NCBI RefSeq assembly: GCF_009834535.1
Contig: NC_045696.1
Span: 61,382,001 to 61,446,000, forward strand
DNA: 64,000 nt
Direction: 5' to 3'
From: Camelus ferus
Taxonomy: Eukaryota
The notes beneath the pieces are model-generated. The model did no database searches. It was given only the letters and a program-made list of their open reading frames with translations, and had not been told where the DNA came from. This document shows, one piece after another, positions 13,298-28,814 of the stretch (the first letter of the stretch is position 1; each line of letters starts with the position of its first letter). A program made the translations under genes and the position numbers.

Positions 13298-13727
13298 CTA
13301 GCCCAAGAACACATACAAACACTGTGGCATTCGGGTAGCTCAAGCAGTAGGACTAGATGGAAACTGGCAGCAATATTACCTTTCTCAAAAAGCAGAATCT
13401 GCTATCACTAAGTGAGATCTGGAAATACTGACATGCAGAAGGAGAACTGAATCAAAATCTAGGGCTAAGGAAAGGAGAAGCCATATGGCTCTAATGTTAA
13501 GAAAAATATGGGGTTGGAGAAGGGTTTCTTAAAATTAAAAGAGGTAGATGTTTAAACTGAGAATTGATACATGGTGCTATGTTCACCTTAACCTCTTATC
13601 TAAAGTGTGACCTAAAAGTGGATGTTGAATTTCTCAGTATATAAATTTTCCTCTGTAAAGTAACAATGTGGTTGAATCTCTGTCACTGCCCCTAAGACTC
13701 CATAAAGTGAGGATGTACAACAACTTA

Positions 13728-13832
<105 letters not shown>

Positions 13833-15657
13833 TTAAAACCCAGGATAACTGCCCTTCAGAAAGAACCAGTAAATATTCTCAGGCCCAGAAGAAGGACTAC
13901 AAGGCCAGGCCTCAAATAGACTTTTTCTCTTTCTCTCTCTTCGCTTTGCTCATAAACTCCACAAATCATTCACGAGCCACCCAACCTAATTGTTCATGGA
14001 TCTTAAACATGACGCTAGCCAGTTTCTTTTTTAGCTATTCCTCCTGGTCTACTGGAAGTGCTACCTTCACCCTGTATACCAGTCACCATGCTGTGGTAAA
14101 CAGGGCTGGACAATTTGCTGGTACGCTAGTTAGTGGGTGGGGCTGAGGAAAGAAGAAAGGAAATCTCCCCATCCTCCTAGGTCTACAAGGATTGGTCAAA
14201 TACGGTTTCTAAAAATATGAGAAAGAGGTCACTTTGTTAACTGGTTCCTCTCTCAGTCCATGAGATGAGTGGGAATATAAAAATAGCAACAAGAGCCCTT
14301 CTACCAGAATAGATACATCTGTACTCCAGAGAAATGCAAAACCCAAAGCCATAAAAGACCTTTAGGTCTCAGATCTATCATTTTACTACTGTCAATACCT
14401 CTTGCCTGGGATCAATAATCTTTCTAAACCTCACTTATTTACTCCTTTCCTGAATAGGCCGTATGCCCTTTGCTAATACAATTGTTAACACCACCATACC
14501 AGCTCCCAGAAGCCACTGTAATGTGAAGTACACTCATTAGGACTATGTCTGGGATAACACCAGCTATGCTCAGCTAACATCTCGATTACCCATGAACAAC
14601 CTGTCAGGGGTCTATAGGCAGCAAAGTGAAAATAAGACTCGTGGTTGAGGATATACTGCTAACACGGAGAAAAGGGAATCTGGAAGTTCCTCTAGCTAAT
14701 TCTGCCTGGGCCTGCCTGGCTATGTTGCTCATCACCTTTTGTACCACTGGCTGCTAAATGCTGATGAGAAAAGCTGAAGAACTATAAAAGGTGTGTCCTA
14801 ATCCCAAATAGTTATAACAAATACCCCTTAGCTTCAGGCCTACCCAATACTGCTTTTGAAGCCCTTTGGCTACCTTTTTCTTTCTTGCCTCATTGAACAA
14901 TTCACCTTCAACATTCTAGACACTCTGCAGAGAACAGACAATATCCTTGCTGGTTCCTCAAACTTGTGGGCCTCCAACCTGATCTGATAAATTCTTCTCA
15001 GCATTTGCACCCACCTTTTGTAGGAAACCTGCTGATTTAATGTGGGAGAATAAAAAGGAGATAAGGGATTTTATATCAACTCACTGAGTGAAAGTGAGAA
15101 ACCTCCCTGATTCCTGATCCCACATAATTTCTAGCCCCAAATCAAAGTCTTGAAACTAAATTTAAATCAATCAAAAGAAGTCTATGTTTATCTATCTTAT
15201 TTCCTGGAATGTGAACTCCTTGAGAGCATGGCTGGGGCCATGTATATTCTAAAGAGACTGGTATGCTTTGAGGATGGACACACCTCTAGTGGGGGAGGGA
15301 AGGGGTGGAGTGGAATCACATAACTGAAGAGTTCAATTCTGGTCCTGCTAGAGTGCAACCTGGATTGGGTTATTTGGCCTCCCTGGCCCAGTTCCTATAT
15401 GTAAAGTGGAAATAATAACTATCCAATGGGATTTTTGTGGGGAGTAAGGGAAATATAGTGGATGTAAAAGTGCTTGTAAACCATCAAACATGATAAAAAA
15501 TGTCACAGATGACTATTATTAGTAGGAAAAATACTGTCATTTCTTGTACATGAAATTTACATAGAATTTAGAAGATAAGGCCAGTGGAAAAGGCCCAAGT
15601 ACCAGAAGCTTTGAAAGTTGAGGGAATTCCAGAACAGGGAATGGGGGCATGTGCTCA

Positions 15658-16020
<363 letters not shown>

Positions 16021-16415
16021 TCACACTTTGGAGAAGGGAGGCTACACAGAGGACTAAGCTCTTTGCCTTTTAAATGAAATTGCTGTGCATTTCTGCATCA
16101 GTTAGAAGTTTTACAAAATGTTTTCTTATTATACTTGTGTAAGACTGGACTGGACCACATAACATTTGCTTAGCAGACAATTGATTCAAAATGATAAACT
16201 GAAATCTAAAGTAAATGCTGTTCTTAGGTAGGCAACAGGGGTCAGACTGCTGAAACCCAGCTAAAAACAGTGAGAGAAATCCTGGACATCTCAGGTCAAT
16301 GAGCTTAGAACTTCTCTCTCCAGGCTGATACACTTCATGTTTCATATGCTTCACGTTTTAGGGAGGCTGTAATGTTTCCCTCATTTAAAAACAAAAATAA
16401 GAGCCAATATACTCA

Positions 16416-16658
<243 letters not shown>

Positions 16659-17814
16659 TCATTTTTAACAAATGGAAATGGCACTGTATGACTGTTCCAT
16701 CCCTGCATATCCCTCTTTTAAGGTGTTCTCTGGATATTCACCTTAATTTGGGGTGTTTTGGGGTTGTGAGGAATAACATCACAAACTTCCTTGACTCAAA
16801 GACGCTCTTGACATCATATCAACTAACTCTCTTTGTTAGCCTGGTTGTACCAAACTGCTCAGGTAATTGAATTTCACGATTGCTTTTTCCTCAAGTTATT
16901 TTAGAATTAAAAAGGAGAGTTATACAAGAGATATATCTTTTTTTTAAAAGAGATGTATCTTAAACTTAGAAATTCTCACCTTCAGTTTATGTTTAAATTT
17001 CAGTTATGTTTAAAAAGTGTAACTAAACTATATTCTGGCTTAGCTCTTTCATTTTCAAGCTGCCTTGCTTACTAATGACTATTGCTTTGCTTTGAAAGTA
17101 AATACTGATTCAGAAGGGTGAGACAGAAAAAGAGGGAAGGTAAGTACCAGTTACATACTTATTGCTTCTCAGTTCCAGATTCACTCTCAATACCTGCTCT
17201 GTGATAACAGATGAAATTTCTTCAAGCATTTCTCCTTGCTAGTGAGCATGATGTTACACTTTCTCAGTAAAGGGTGATATATCATGTATTTGAAAATCAA
17301 ATAGAAATATTTTAGAACTTTGTATTAGAACTTTTCCTCCTCTCCTCTCCATTAGTGAGAATAATAGAGAACTGACTGTCAATTTATTTTTAATGGTAGT
17401 AGACTATGAAATAAAAGGCAAGAAATGATCTCCTGGGTACAAGACTAATTCCAAAGCCAAATAAACAAATTGAGAATGAAATTGATATAATGGTTCACCA
17501 TGATTCAAATGATAATTCTAATGGAGTGCTAGTAACGTATTTCTACTACATGAATGAAGGAAGAGCTGTTTCACTGTAGCAGCAGAAAATAACAGTAGGA
17601 GTATCTACATCATTCTGAGAAAGAAGAGCCAGAGCTTCACTGGATGTACCATACTGAAGGGAGGGATAAGATGCATCTCCCTCCTGCCTTGAGGACAGTG
17701 AATCAAGGGGAGGAAACCGGTTTCTCAGGAGGTTTATGGACTTCTCTTTTTCGATAGCTTTATCCATAAAACAGGTAGCTTTTAAACTGAGAAGTCTACA
17801 CAGCTAATAGAAAT

Positions 17815-18230
17815 ACAAATTGGTACAACTTTTAAGAAAGGCAATAGACAATATCAAAAGACAAATGACAAATACTTATACCCTTTGGCCCAGCTATTCC
17901 AATTCTAAGAATATCTTACAGACACATTTGCAAATAAGTTTGTTATTCACTGCAGCATTGTTCACAGTAGCAAAAGTTTGGAAACAACCTAAATTTCAGT
18001 GGAAGACTGAATATGACATTATCCACCCACTAAAAGGGTGGGAAGATTTATACATTATTTGCTTAGATATCCACAAGAAATTGGTAATACTGGTTGCCTG
18101 TAAAAGGGGTCTTAGGGGTACTAGGGAGACAGTGGTAAGAGGAAGACACTTCACTTTGTATCCCTTTTGTACTTCATGAATGTTAGGCTATGGGAAAGTA
18201 TTGGTTTTATAATACAGGAAATAAATTTTT
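17815..18230 (+). mobile_element. Old L1 (L1M-type) 3' fragment
   Basis: ttattcactgcagcattgttcacagtagcaaaagtttggaaacaacctaaat; degenerate ORF2 end (LFTAALFTVAKVWKQPK). Confidence 0.7.
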
Positions 18231-21200
18231 AAAATAAGTACACCAATACAATGAAAAACTGAGAAATAATATGATAGATGTAAGAGTCAGAAAAGTTATA
18301 GCTCAAGCTTGCCAACCAGCCTCATTCCTCTGTGAACTTAATTGCTTAAGATTAAACCTCAGTTTCCTCATCTATAAAACAAAGCAAAACAAAACAAAAT
18401 CTGAGTAGTATAATCTTTCTTCTACATCCTAGAAGTCATGACCCTGCAGTAACTAACATACTTCTATCCTTTCTAAACAAGTTCAGAGTGGCTATGATCC
18501 CACTTTATTTGATCCTAAAAGACAAAGGATGGAATACAAAACTTGAGAATATTGTGTTGTTTCTTTGCCATTAACATCTAACAAGGGCAAAGTGAGATAA
18601 AGGAGATTTAGCTCAGTAAACACATTTCTTGGATAGTGGCAACTGCATAGAGCACTGTTGATTGAGTGGCTATTTGGCGGGAGTTAATCATCCCATATTA
18701 GGGCAAGTCACCTCTGAACCCTTTCTTGGACTGACCCGAGATATGCCTCTTGCCCTCTTCCCCAGCCTTTCAACCTCTCAATTCTCTATGACTTAACCCC
18801 AAGTCTCTGGCAAACCCAGCCTGGTATATTAACAAAATGGCCAGAAGGGGCCACTGTTGAACTAAAAATCAGGGGGAAAAGCACAAGTTATCCATTCTTT
18901 TACCAAGTGGCTATTGGTCAGGATGACCTTACCCTGATTTACATCTGTTGTACCAGCATATTATCAAGAGCAACCTCTTTCACTCTCAAAATGATCTTGA
19001 TTTGGATTATAAATTATAGCCCTTGCACTACTGCTAGATTAACTAGATGTTCTTCTTTAAGCAGAAGAGAACTGGGTTTCAATTTGTTAGCTCTTTTGAT
19101 ATATTCTCTCAAACAGCTGTCACTGAAACATTCTGTCTTTAACATATTTCCATTGCCCTTCAGACTCTGCCTTTTTCTTCCTTTCTCCAACAGAATATAG
19201 TGCTGATTTTTTTAATCTTCCAAAAGAGATGATCATCTCATCTCTCAAGCCCTATTTCTTTTAATTCTAAGTAGTGAGATAGTGAATTTTCTCCAAGATT
19301 ACACAAACTGCCTTCTTGCACCCCCTTAGCCTCCCTAAGTGAAAACCTGGGGGCAGGGGAAGGGATGGTTTAAAATTCACTAACTACAGTATGTGTAGAT
19401 TATTTATTGGTTTATTCCTTATCCAGCATTGGCAAAAAGACAGTCATTACTTGGTTATTTAACATAAAACTGAACAGATAGAATAAGATAAAGGAAAAAC
19501 CAGAGGTAGAGGTCAAATTAGATTGGTAAACTTTAGAGGCCAATTTGTGACTATTTGTTCCACTTAAAATACAGTCAGTTTGCTGATGGCCTTCTATTAC
19601 TTATAACTAATGTCTATCAAGAGTAGCACCACTCCAGGATGAAAAGAACACAAAGATGGAAAAACTTAGGTTGTAGCTTCAATTCTATCTCTAATTATTT
19701 GTTTTATTATAGAGGAAACTTCACTTCTTAGCTTCTATGGACTTTAATTTATTAATGTGTAAAATAAAGAGTTATAGTCTTTATAGTAGATAATCTCAAA
19801 AATGACTTACTTGTAAAATTCTGCTATTCTAAAATTTTTAAAATTAGATTTATTAGTTACTGCTTGTTAATTATAAGCTCAAAACTTGGGAACAGTACAC
19901 ACACATACATACATTTTTACCTACCACAATTGGTGTGTAGATTGATTAGCAACAATGTGGGTAATATAAGTAATGTATCAGATCTGAGTGAGTTACTGCA
20001 TTCTGGGAATATGTGTCAACAGAGAGTATATGAAAAGTTCTTGCCCTCAACAGGCTCTACTATCATATCTGACTGTGACCCTTAACTTGTTGGTGCCATT
20101 TTGAAATTTCACCTGCCAACACTATGGCCTGGTTGTCATTTTACCCTGCTCCATTAGCCTGCCTATTACACAAGTAAGAGGAGCCAAACCCAAAAAATCA
20201 CATCATGAATCAGAAGGGTTGTGATCAACATGAGCTATATCTAAACACTTTTACAAAAGAAAAGGATTTCTCTTGAATTCTGAGAACCCAAAAATCATAC
20301 TCCATATAGTCAAGATACAGCCAAGGGATACTGGGATCCCTGGCCTGACACTGTCCAGCATTCATTTCTATTCATATTTCACTACTCCTAAGTCACAACA
20401 GAAAGGAAACATACTAACATAATTAAGAAGTAACCACAAATATCTTCTATATACTGGAAATGTATAGATTTGTGGATATAATGGCCTCTTATTTTTCAGT
20501 GTTTGCCTGGGTTTGAGTCTGGCCCTACATTTACAGAGTAAACACCACAGTAATCAAGAGAACTGAAAAAAGATTGGAAAAAAAAAAAAGAAGAATTTAC
20601 AGAGGAGTAAGAACTGATGCTTATGGGACTTTATATTCATAACAAATGCTAATGGAGGTTTCTATTTACGATGATCCGTAAAACCAAAAAAGGAAGAGTA
20701 TCTAGAATACACATTAACAATTTATATACCCAAAAATTGCTAATTAATGATGGCAACTAAGTATACAAATAGACCACAGGCTTTGAAAATAATAAAGCAA
20801 GTCTTTAAAAAAAAACCTGAAAAAATGATAACATTAATAAAGATAAAATTAAGTGATAAGCATCTCCTAACTTGGGCTATTTTTGTCCTCCATAAGTCAG
20901 CAGCATCATAGCTAGTGTGTACTGACTGATAGAAAGGAAAATTGGGGGGACAACTCTGAAGGCTATTAAAAACGTGACAGTCATTATCTGGACCTTTGTA
21001 AACAGGTAAGATTAAAACCCAGCTCAGACTAATATTGTATTGTCTCTGCTCCACTAAATCCCACAGCTATGACAAAATCCTGGGAAACAAGTATACAACA
21101 AGAAGAAATGAAATTCTATGGAGTACAGTTATCCTCCCAAATAGAAGAGCAAGGGAGATGGGAGGAACGCCTCCCCCAACTAGCCTTTATAGGTAAACTG

Positions 21201-21290
21201 AGGGAAGAATATAGAGAGTAGGTGTATATTTGAAAAATACAACTGAATCCTAAAGACAATAGTAAAACAACAAAATTAATTAGGTGTTTA

Positions 21291-21482
<192 letters not shown>

Positions 21483-22934
21483 TCAGTTATTCAATATGCT
21501 CTGATTAAAACTCTTCCTAAAACTCATAACATGAAAAAGATTTTTTTAAAAATAAGCATTCCAGCATGACAAGTGAAAGTTGCAACCTTTTACCAAATGG
21601 ACAAATCGTGGAATGAAAGATAAATGTCTTGCTGGTGATTTCAGAGTAAGACTAAGCAAGGTGGCTGGGGACCTAAGTATAGTCTCAACTAATGGGTCCA
21701 GAATGACGGGTCCTCTGCCACATGGCAGAACAGCCAACCCTGATCTGTGTGATGAAACTGCCAAGGCTCACAAGTGCCTTTTCACACCGCTTTAACTATG
21801 GGACTGGGAAGGTACACAGCTCTCATGTGCAATTCCCCCCTCAACCCCTACAGTGAGTTAATTTACCAGGACATCAGGTTATTTTGCATATTTTGAAGGA
21901 GATTAGTTCAGAGGTTATTACAGGGAGAAGGAAATGGACTTAGGAATTTTTCCTTTAATGCTGCAGTGGGAGTACAAAAGGTTACAGATAAAAGATTTTG
22001 TGAAGGAAGAATAGGTAGGACATGGTAAAGAGAAAATATTTGTCACTTGAGAAAGAGAGGAGTTTATAACTGAGGTTTAGAACTAAAGAAAATAAGACTG
22101 CAGTACCATCAGCAAGAATAGAGAAGTTTTTTAAAAAGGAGTTGAGATCAAAGAAAATGAGAACTGAGAGTCTTTGAATTTGGAGATTCAAATGACTACA
22201 TATTCTAGAATACGTTAGTGAAAGTCAGAACAATAGTGCCTTTAAGAAAAATGGAAGACAAGGAAATAATTAGTAACAATCTTTCATTAGAGATACGTTG
22301 CCATAAAGGGAATGAGAAAAATAGGTACTTAGAGGGAACAGAAGAATCAAGTGGCAGTTCTGGTTTTTGGTTTTTGGTTTTTGGTTTTTTAAGTTGAGGA
22401 GATCTGTACATGTCCAAGACCAAGGAAAAGGAGCCAAAGAAATTGAAAATAACAGGGGGGGGGGGGACCCATATAATTAAGGAAAGAAGAGTCTAGAAGA
22501 ATGACAAAGAATGGCCTCAAAGGAAAGCAAGGCGGAAGGTGTTAGCCCTAGAAATAAAAAGGATGACATTTTCCTAGAAGCACAAGCATTTCTAAATGCT
22601 CTTAATTTTCTCAGTATAGTAAAGAAGAAAGTAAAGTTACCTATGAAGAACAGGGACCTTAGAATGAGACTGAAAGCTTGAAGAAAGTACAAAATATTAG
22701 GAGTAAATGTTGTGGGAAATGTATTTAAGCATTTGATTAAGCAAATGATTAATGGAACTATTGAGCACTATATACAGCCCAGATCAAGCTAGAAACTTTA
22801 ATCATTAGAAGGCCAAGTTAATAGGTCCACGAAGAGAAAAAAAGGAATTAAAAGTAACTGAAAAATCTAGGGTTAGTCCCTGACGAATGGAAGAGAGGCA
22901 GAAGAGGGAAGTGAAGAGTTAAGAAGAAAGAGAG

Positions 22935-23750
22935 ATCTAGACATTTCTCCAAAAAAGATATACTAATGGCCAAAAAACACATGAAAAGATGCTCAACAAT
23001 GTTAGTCACTACAGAAATGCAAATCAAAACCACAATGAGATACTCCTTCACACACACTAGGATGGCTAAAACCAAAAAGACAGGCAGCAACAGTGATGGC
23101 AAGAAAGTGGAGAAATCGGAACCTCCACACACTGCTGCTATGAATGTAAACTGGTGCACAGCTCTGGAAAATATTTCTTCAAAATGTTAAACAAAGAATA
23201 CCATATGACCCAGAAATTATAGTCCTCAATATATAACCAAGAGAAGTCAAAACATATGTTTAAAAAAAATCTTGTACATGAGTAATGTTCGTAACATTAT
23301 TAACAATAGCTAAAAAGTGGAAATAATCAAAATGTCCAATAACTGGTGACTGGATAAACAAAGCAGCATGCCTCCACAGACTCACCTATAAAAAGGAAAG
23401 AAGTATTGATAAACGCTACCACCTGGATGAACCTTAAAAACACTGTGCTAAGTAAAAGAAGCCAGACACAAAGGCCACACAGTGTGTGATTATGCAAAAT
23501 GTCCAGAATAGACAAATTCCTAGAGAGAGAAAGTAGACAGGTGGTTACCAGGATGTAGAGAGCGGGGAATGAGGGAATGATTGCTAATGGGTACAGGGTT
23601 TCTTTTTGTGGTGATAAAAATGTTCTGGAATTAGATAGCAGTGATGGTTGTACAACATTGTGAATTTACTAAAAACCACTGAATTGTACACTTTAAAATT
23701 ATTAAAATGGTGAACTTAATGTTATGTGAATTTTATCTCAATTTTAAAAG
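22935..23750 (+). mobile_element. L1 (L1MB/MC-like) ORF2 end plus 3'UTR
   Basis: HMKRCST...EMQIKTTMRY remnant; tgttctggaattagatagcagtgatggttgtacaacattgtgaat 3' end. Confidence 0.88.
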
Positions 23751-25119
23751 ATACATTAAGTATCCTATCTTTCATAACTCTGTTTCTTCAATCTTCCTTG
23801 TATACTGTGTATACTCCAAGGCAGAAGGCAAATGCAGCTGTCCTTCCTGGCTAGGATTTGTGCTGAATCAATTCCTCCTAAGTATAGAGAATGAAAACTA
23901 AGGTTCTTCAGCTGCAACAGATAAGCAAAATCTTTAACTCTCTAGGGTTGCCTCCAGTTAGAATGAGTAGTATTTTTTAAAAACACCCTATTATTCTCTT
24001 CCCAGTTAGAGAACAATGTCTTTAAAAGCTGAGATTTATAAAAGTAGGACTAAGTGATCCTACTAATGCTCTCCTAAAACAAACTTCATTTTAACCTCAA
24101 AGGAATCCTACATAATAATACTGCTTTCAGGTCTTTTGACTTTCTGTTAGCAAAGTATAAATGAAAGGGCAAGAGTCTGGAACTGGAAAAAACTTAGATC
24201 TAAATTCCAGCTCTATCACTTAATAGCAGTGAAATCACAGCAAGCTTCTAAAGCTTTCATTTCATCTTCTATAAAATGGAAGATAATCATACCTGCTCCA
24301 CAAGGCTGCTGTGAGGATTAAATAAAAGAGCACATGGAAGGTAACTAGCACAATGTTTCACATATAGTAGGCACTCAACAAATCTGTATCAACATTATTT
24401 CATTTTCTCTTCCATTCTATGGAACATGTTTCATTATCCCAACAAAATTAACTAAATTGTATTAATCTAAGAAGTTAGCTTCTAAATGCTATATAAATTT
24501 TCTAAATCTATACAAATTATAACTAATATTATTATAACTAAAAATTAAAACTTATAATGATTATCATCCTCCAAATTATAAATGATCTTCTGAATGCAAT
24601 ACTACTTCCATAAAAACTTTTTCCTGATTATATTCACATATATTATTCCTCAGAATTCTAGCAAAAGAGAAGAGATTCTGGTGTCCTTACTCATAGGAAA
24701 GTAGCAATAACTCAAATAATATAATACTAGAACTTGATATTAGCTTCCCAGTATGTACTCTATTTCCAAAAATTCTTAAACATTTTTCAGCAAAAAGTTT
24801 CAGAATGTCACAGAGAAACATTTCCCATTTACCCAAATATTCTGCACAAATGGTAATATATCCTCCTAAGTGCCAAATTATTTCAATAATGCCTGGGAAA
24901 AGGCTACAGAGTCAAGAGGAATTCCACGTGGTATGGGAAAAAGGGATAACGAACAGAGCAGAAAGATTCGAACCCATGGGGATTTGGTTTTTTAAAAAAA
25001 GAAGAGAAAAACAGTAATTGTCCCTGACTCCTGCTGCCATTTCAATAGATGCAAACATTGAGCTCGTCTATCTATTATCTGGATTTTTCATAGACCTTCC
25101 AAGTTGTACTAAACTCTTC

Positions 25120-25920
25120 ATCTTCCTCCTAAAATAGTTCTTCCTCCTGTATTTCTTATCTGAGTGAAAAACACCCCATCTACACAAACAACCTAAAACT
25201 GAAACCTAGGAGTCATCCTCAACACCTCTCATCCTCTGCATCCTGATAATTTCCAATAATTGTCTATTTTACTTCTTAGAAACTTAAAATTTATCTTGTC
25301 CTCCTGTATCTACTGTCTTAGTTTAATCCCTCATCACCTCCAACCCTGGATCATTACAGTAACCTCACAATTAGTCCTGTGGCTTCTGTCTATTCCTGTT
25401 TCAACCATCCTTTCCCAATTAGGACAACTTTCTAAACTGCATATCTGATCACATTACCTATAGGATAAAGTTCAAATTCCTTAGCACAGCATACAAAATC
25501 CTTCATGAACAGGCCCTTATTGCAGATTCTGATTCTGAACTTTAAGCTGCAGTAGAATTACTTGCAGTTTGCTAACATACTACTATTTCATACTTCTAGA
25601 ACTACAAGTTCTGTCTCAACTCTATCTCATGTCCATTTCTTAAATTCCTATTTATCCTTCAAAATTCACCTCAGAAATAATCTCAAGGAAGCTTTTCCAA
25701 AACCACTGTCCCTACCCCTGAATCAAAGTTAATCTGTTGATCCTTAGATGGCCATTGTACCTCTAAATTCCTTCTATTTGGCCCTTTTCATACTGTATCT
25801 TAATTATTTCTCTCTTTTCCTTATTTGTCTGTGAGCTTCTTAAGGGTAAACCATCTTTTAATATCTGCATCTCGATGCACAGCAAATGACACACAGAGGT
25901 TCTCAATGTATGTAGTTTGA
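25120..25920 (+). mobile_element. L2 3' fragments
   Basis: aaacctaggagtcatcct, aggataaagttcaaattccttagcacagcatacaa, tgtgagcttcttaaggg motifs. Confidence 0.65.
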
Positions 25921-26394
25921 AATGAGATTATAAACTTTATTTTCATAAGCAGAACTTCAGCCAATTTTCTCCAGAGTTTAGGTACTTTGTGACTTATTCA
26001 TACATATGATAAATATTAAGTCAGGCTGAACTTTGTAAAACTTTTTGTGATCCTTTTGATTTTACCTTTAGAAATATCTGTTTCAGTAAATTCTTTATAC
26101 TTATAAACTAGCCATAAAATTATCCCTTAATTTTTCCTCTTTAACTCTTTTCTCTCCCTTATATCCATTCTATCCTGACCTACCAACTCAGCTACCAAAT
26201 ACTTAGTGATCCTTCCTATTCCTTTCCCTGCTTTCAAGGAAAGTATTTTTCTAAAGCTAGTAAGATCTGAGCTACAGAGCTCTACATTATGCTCACATCT
26301 CTCAAAAGTAAGGTATTGTTTATCTTTACATTCCTAGTAACTACTGCCATGCTGGTATATTGTAAGTATGTGATAAAATCTTGTTTGCTCAACT

Positions 26395-26815
26395 CAAATG
26401 TCACCTAATGAATGGATAAATAAAATGTGGCATGTGGTATACGATGGAATGTTATTTGTCAATAAAAAGAAATCAAGTTCTGAATATGCTACATTAATGA
26501 ATCTTGAAAACATGCTCAGTGGAAGGAGCCAGCCACAAAAGATCACTTTTTGTATGATGCCATTTGTATGCAATATCCAGAATAGGCAAATCTATAGATA
26601 CTGAAACTAGATTAGTGATTTCTAGAGGTTGGGGAGGTTAGGAGGAAATTATGAGTGGCTGCTAATGGGTACAGGGCTTCTTTTGCAGGTGATAAAAATA
26701 TTGTACAATTGGTTGTGGTGATGATAGCAAAACTCTGTGAATGTATTAAAACCTATTGAATTGTACAGTTTAAATAGGTGGATTTATGATCTCAATAAGC
26801 TGTTATAAAAAAAGA
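26395..26815 (+). mobile_element. L1MB-like 3' end
   Basis: aatgaatggataaataaaatgtgg...ctcaataagctgttataaaaaaag. Confidence 0.85.
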
Positions 26816-27331
26816 AAAAATTGTGTTTGTTTTCGCTGCAAGAGTTGAAAAGAATTCAGAGATAGAAAGCACATGTGTACAGTGGAGATGACAAACAAGT
26901 TTGTTTAGCAGACACTCCTCATTAGAGTCAGTCTGGCCTGTTGGGTGAGTGAATCTTTGACTATTAGCCCATGTTAAATAGCCAGTGTGTACCAGAAAGG
27001 AATGTGAAATAGGCAGCAAGTCACTTAACTGATTTGTGACATGAATATATGAAGCAAAGTAATTTAAAGCATTGAGATCCCTCAGATTCTAAGGACCAAG
27101 AAATGTAAGACTTCTCAGAGCCCATTCCACTAAGGCTGGCCTTCTTTGCTGTTCCCCTGGCTATGATGATTGTCTGAGAGTATTACCTACTTGGTTATAA
27201 CTTTTCCCTACTCCAAGTGAGATTGCTGAATTGGTACCCACCAATTCCTTCACTTGAATTCTCTTAAGAAGTATCCAGAAATTAACAATGCTGTTTTGTT
27301 GACTTCTGAGTCATTTTCTGAGTTTACTTGC

Positions 27332-27808
27332 TGTGATATAAAGAATAATGGCCCCCTAAGGATGTCTATGTCTTATCTTCTAGAACCTGTGACTATGTAA
27401 CCTTACATGGCAAAGGGGGCTTTGCAAATGTGCTTAAAGGATTTTGAGCTAGGGAGATTACCCTGCATTAGCCAAGTTATGTCCAATGTAATCACGAGAG
27501 TCTTTACAAGTGAATGAAGGAGGCAGGAGAGCCAGAATGAGAAGGAGATATGATGACAGAAGCAGCAGTCAGAGTGCTGTGATTGCTGGCTGGCCCACGA
27601 GCAAAGCAATATGGGAAACCTTTAGAAGCTAGAAAATGCAAGGAAACAGTTTCTCCCCTAGAACCTCCAGACCTACCAAAACTTTGATTTTAGCCTTCTG
27701 AGACCCATTTCAGACTTCTGACCTCCAGAACTATAAGATAATATAGCTGTATTGTTTCAGGACACTAAATTTGTTAATTTGTTACAGTAGCAATAGGAAA
27801 CTAACACA
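27332..27808 (+). mobile_element. Complete MaLR (MLT1) solo LTR with 5-bp TSD
   Basis: TG...CA ends; TSD CTTGC at 27327-27331 and 27809-27813; aatttgttacagtagcaataggaaactaacaca terminus. Confidence 0.92.
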
Positions 27809-28697
27809 CTTGCCTCCACCACCATCATCAATATCAGGCCTGGAGTATATCCCTCCTATTTGTGGAGTCCAGTTGCTTTTATTGCTTAAGATAGAGTATT
27901 GCTTTGGAATAACTGTTAATTGTGTCAGAGCAGAAATGTTTTTCCTTTTGGGCCACAAAGCTCCAGACCTAACCAGTGGAAACTGCAGTTCGATCAATGG
28001 CTAATGGTCAATTTTGGTATAGAAAATACAGAAACATAAAATTCTGTCACTGGCACTTTGAAACATGGATTTCATAATACTATATATCAATAATAACCCC
28101 AATTGCATACAAATATTCTTTGACATGTTTTTTAGGGGAAGCTTCAGGAAGGGTACCAACCTGAGACAAGATGAGCAGTATGGAATGGGATCTTTCACCA
28201 AAGGCTTGGAAGTAGTTAGGAAATACAAAGATAACATCCCAGAGATAAAAGAACATAAAGTGGGCAGTAATAGAAAACGGTTCTCATCTAAGATATAACC
28301 AGTAATAAAGTGAAGGAGTGATATGAGAGAAAAGACAGTAAAACACAGAAAATTAAACACCATGACATGATACCAAGATTAGATCACTGGAGCTCCGATT
28401 TCTCTATTTTATTTATTTGAATTTGATCTTTAGCCTAATACACATACAACCTCCAAATTTTCCTAACATTCTTTCTTCAGTTTCAATGTAAAGCTCTTGC
28501 AACTGAGCTGTAAGATATAATCTGGTAAGAAAGCATAAGATTTCCAACAACTGTTGGAAACTTATTATTCACACTTACTATTCATTCTTTCCATTACTAA
28601 AGAAGACTTGTAATGCTGATATCAGCAGTGTTGTATCAGTTTCTACCCTCCTCCTTCCAGGTTAAATGTTCAACAAAGAAATCTCTTCCTTACTTAC

Positions 28698-28814
28698 AAT
28701 TGCACAACGTGGCATTTTTAAAGGAATTCCATCCTCCTCTGTTGCTCCGTTGGGTCCAGGTGCCTCTTTCCTCCTCTTCCTCGTGTTGACCTTGGCTGAA
28801 TTCTGTGCATCCAT
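28698..28814 (-). CDS. PCYT1A: CCT-alpha first coding exon (NLS)
   Basis: ATG at 28814; [39 protein letters not shown]|gtaagt; spliced CDS totals 1107 nt = 368 aa. Confidence 0.97.

Noticed and set aside
18560..21160. Possible ancient CR1/L3-like fragments in PCYT1A intron 3
   Set aside because: Too decayed to delimit or classify by eye; needs an HMM search.
22848..23515. ORFs at 22848-23515, 26398-26604, 53782-54164 and 61759-61956 as genes
   Set aside because: They are decayed L1 sequence on either strand.
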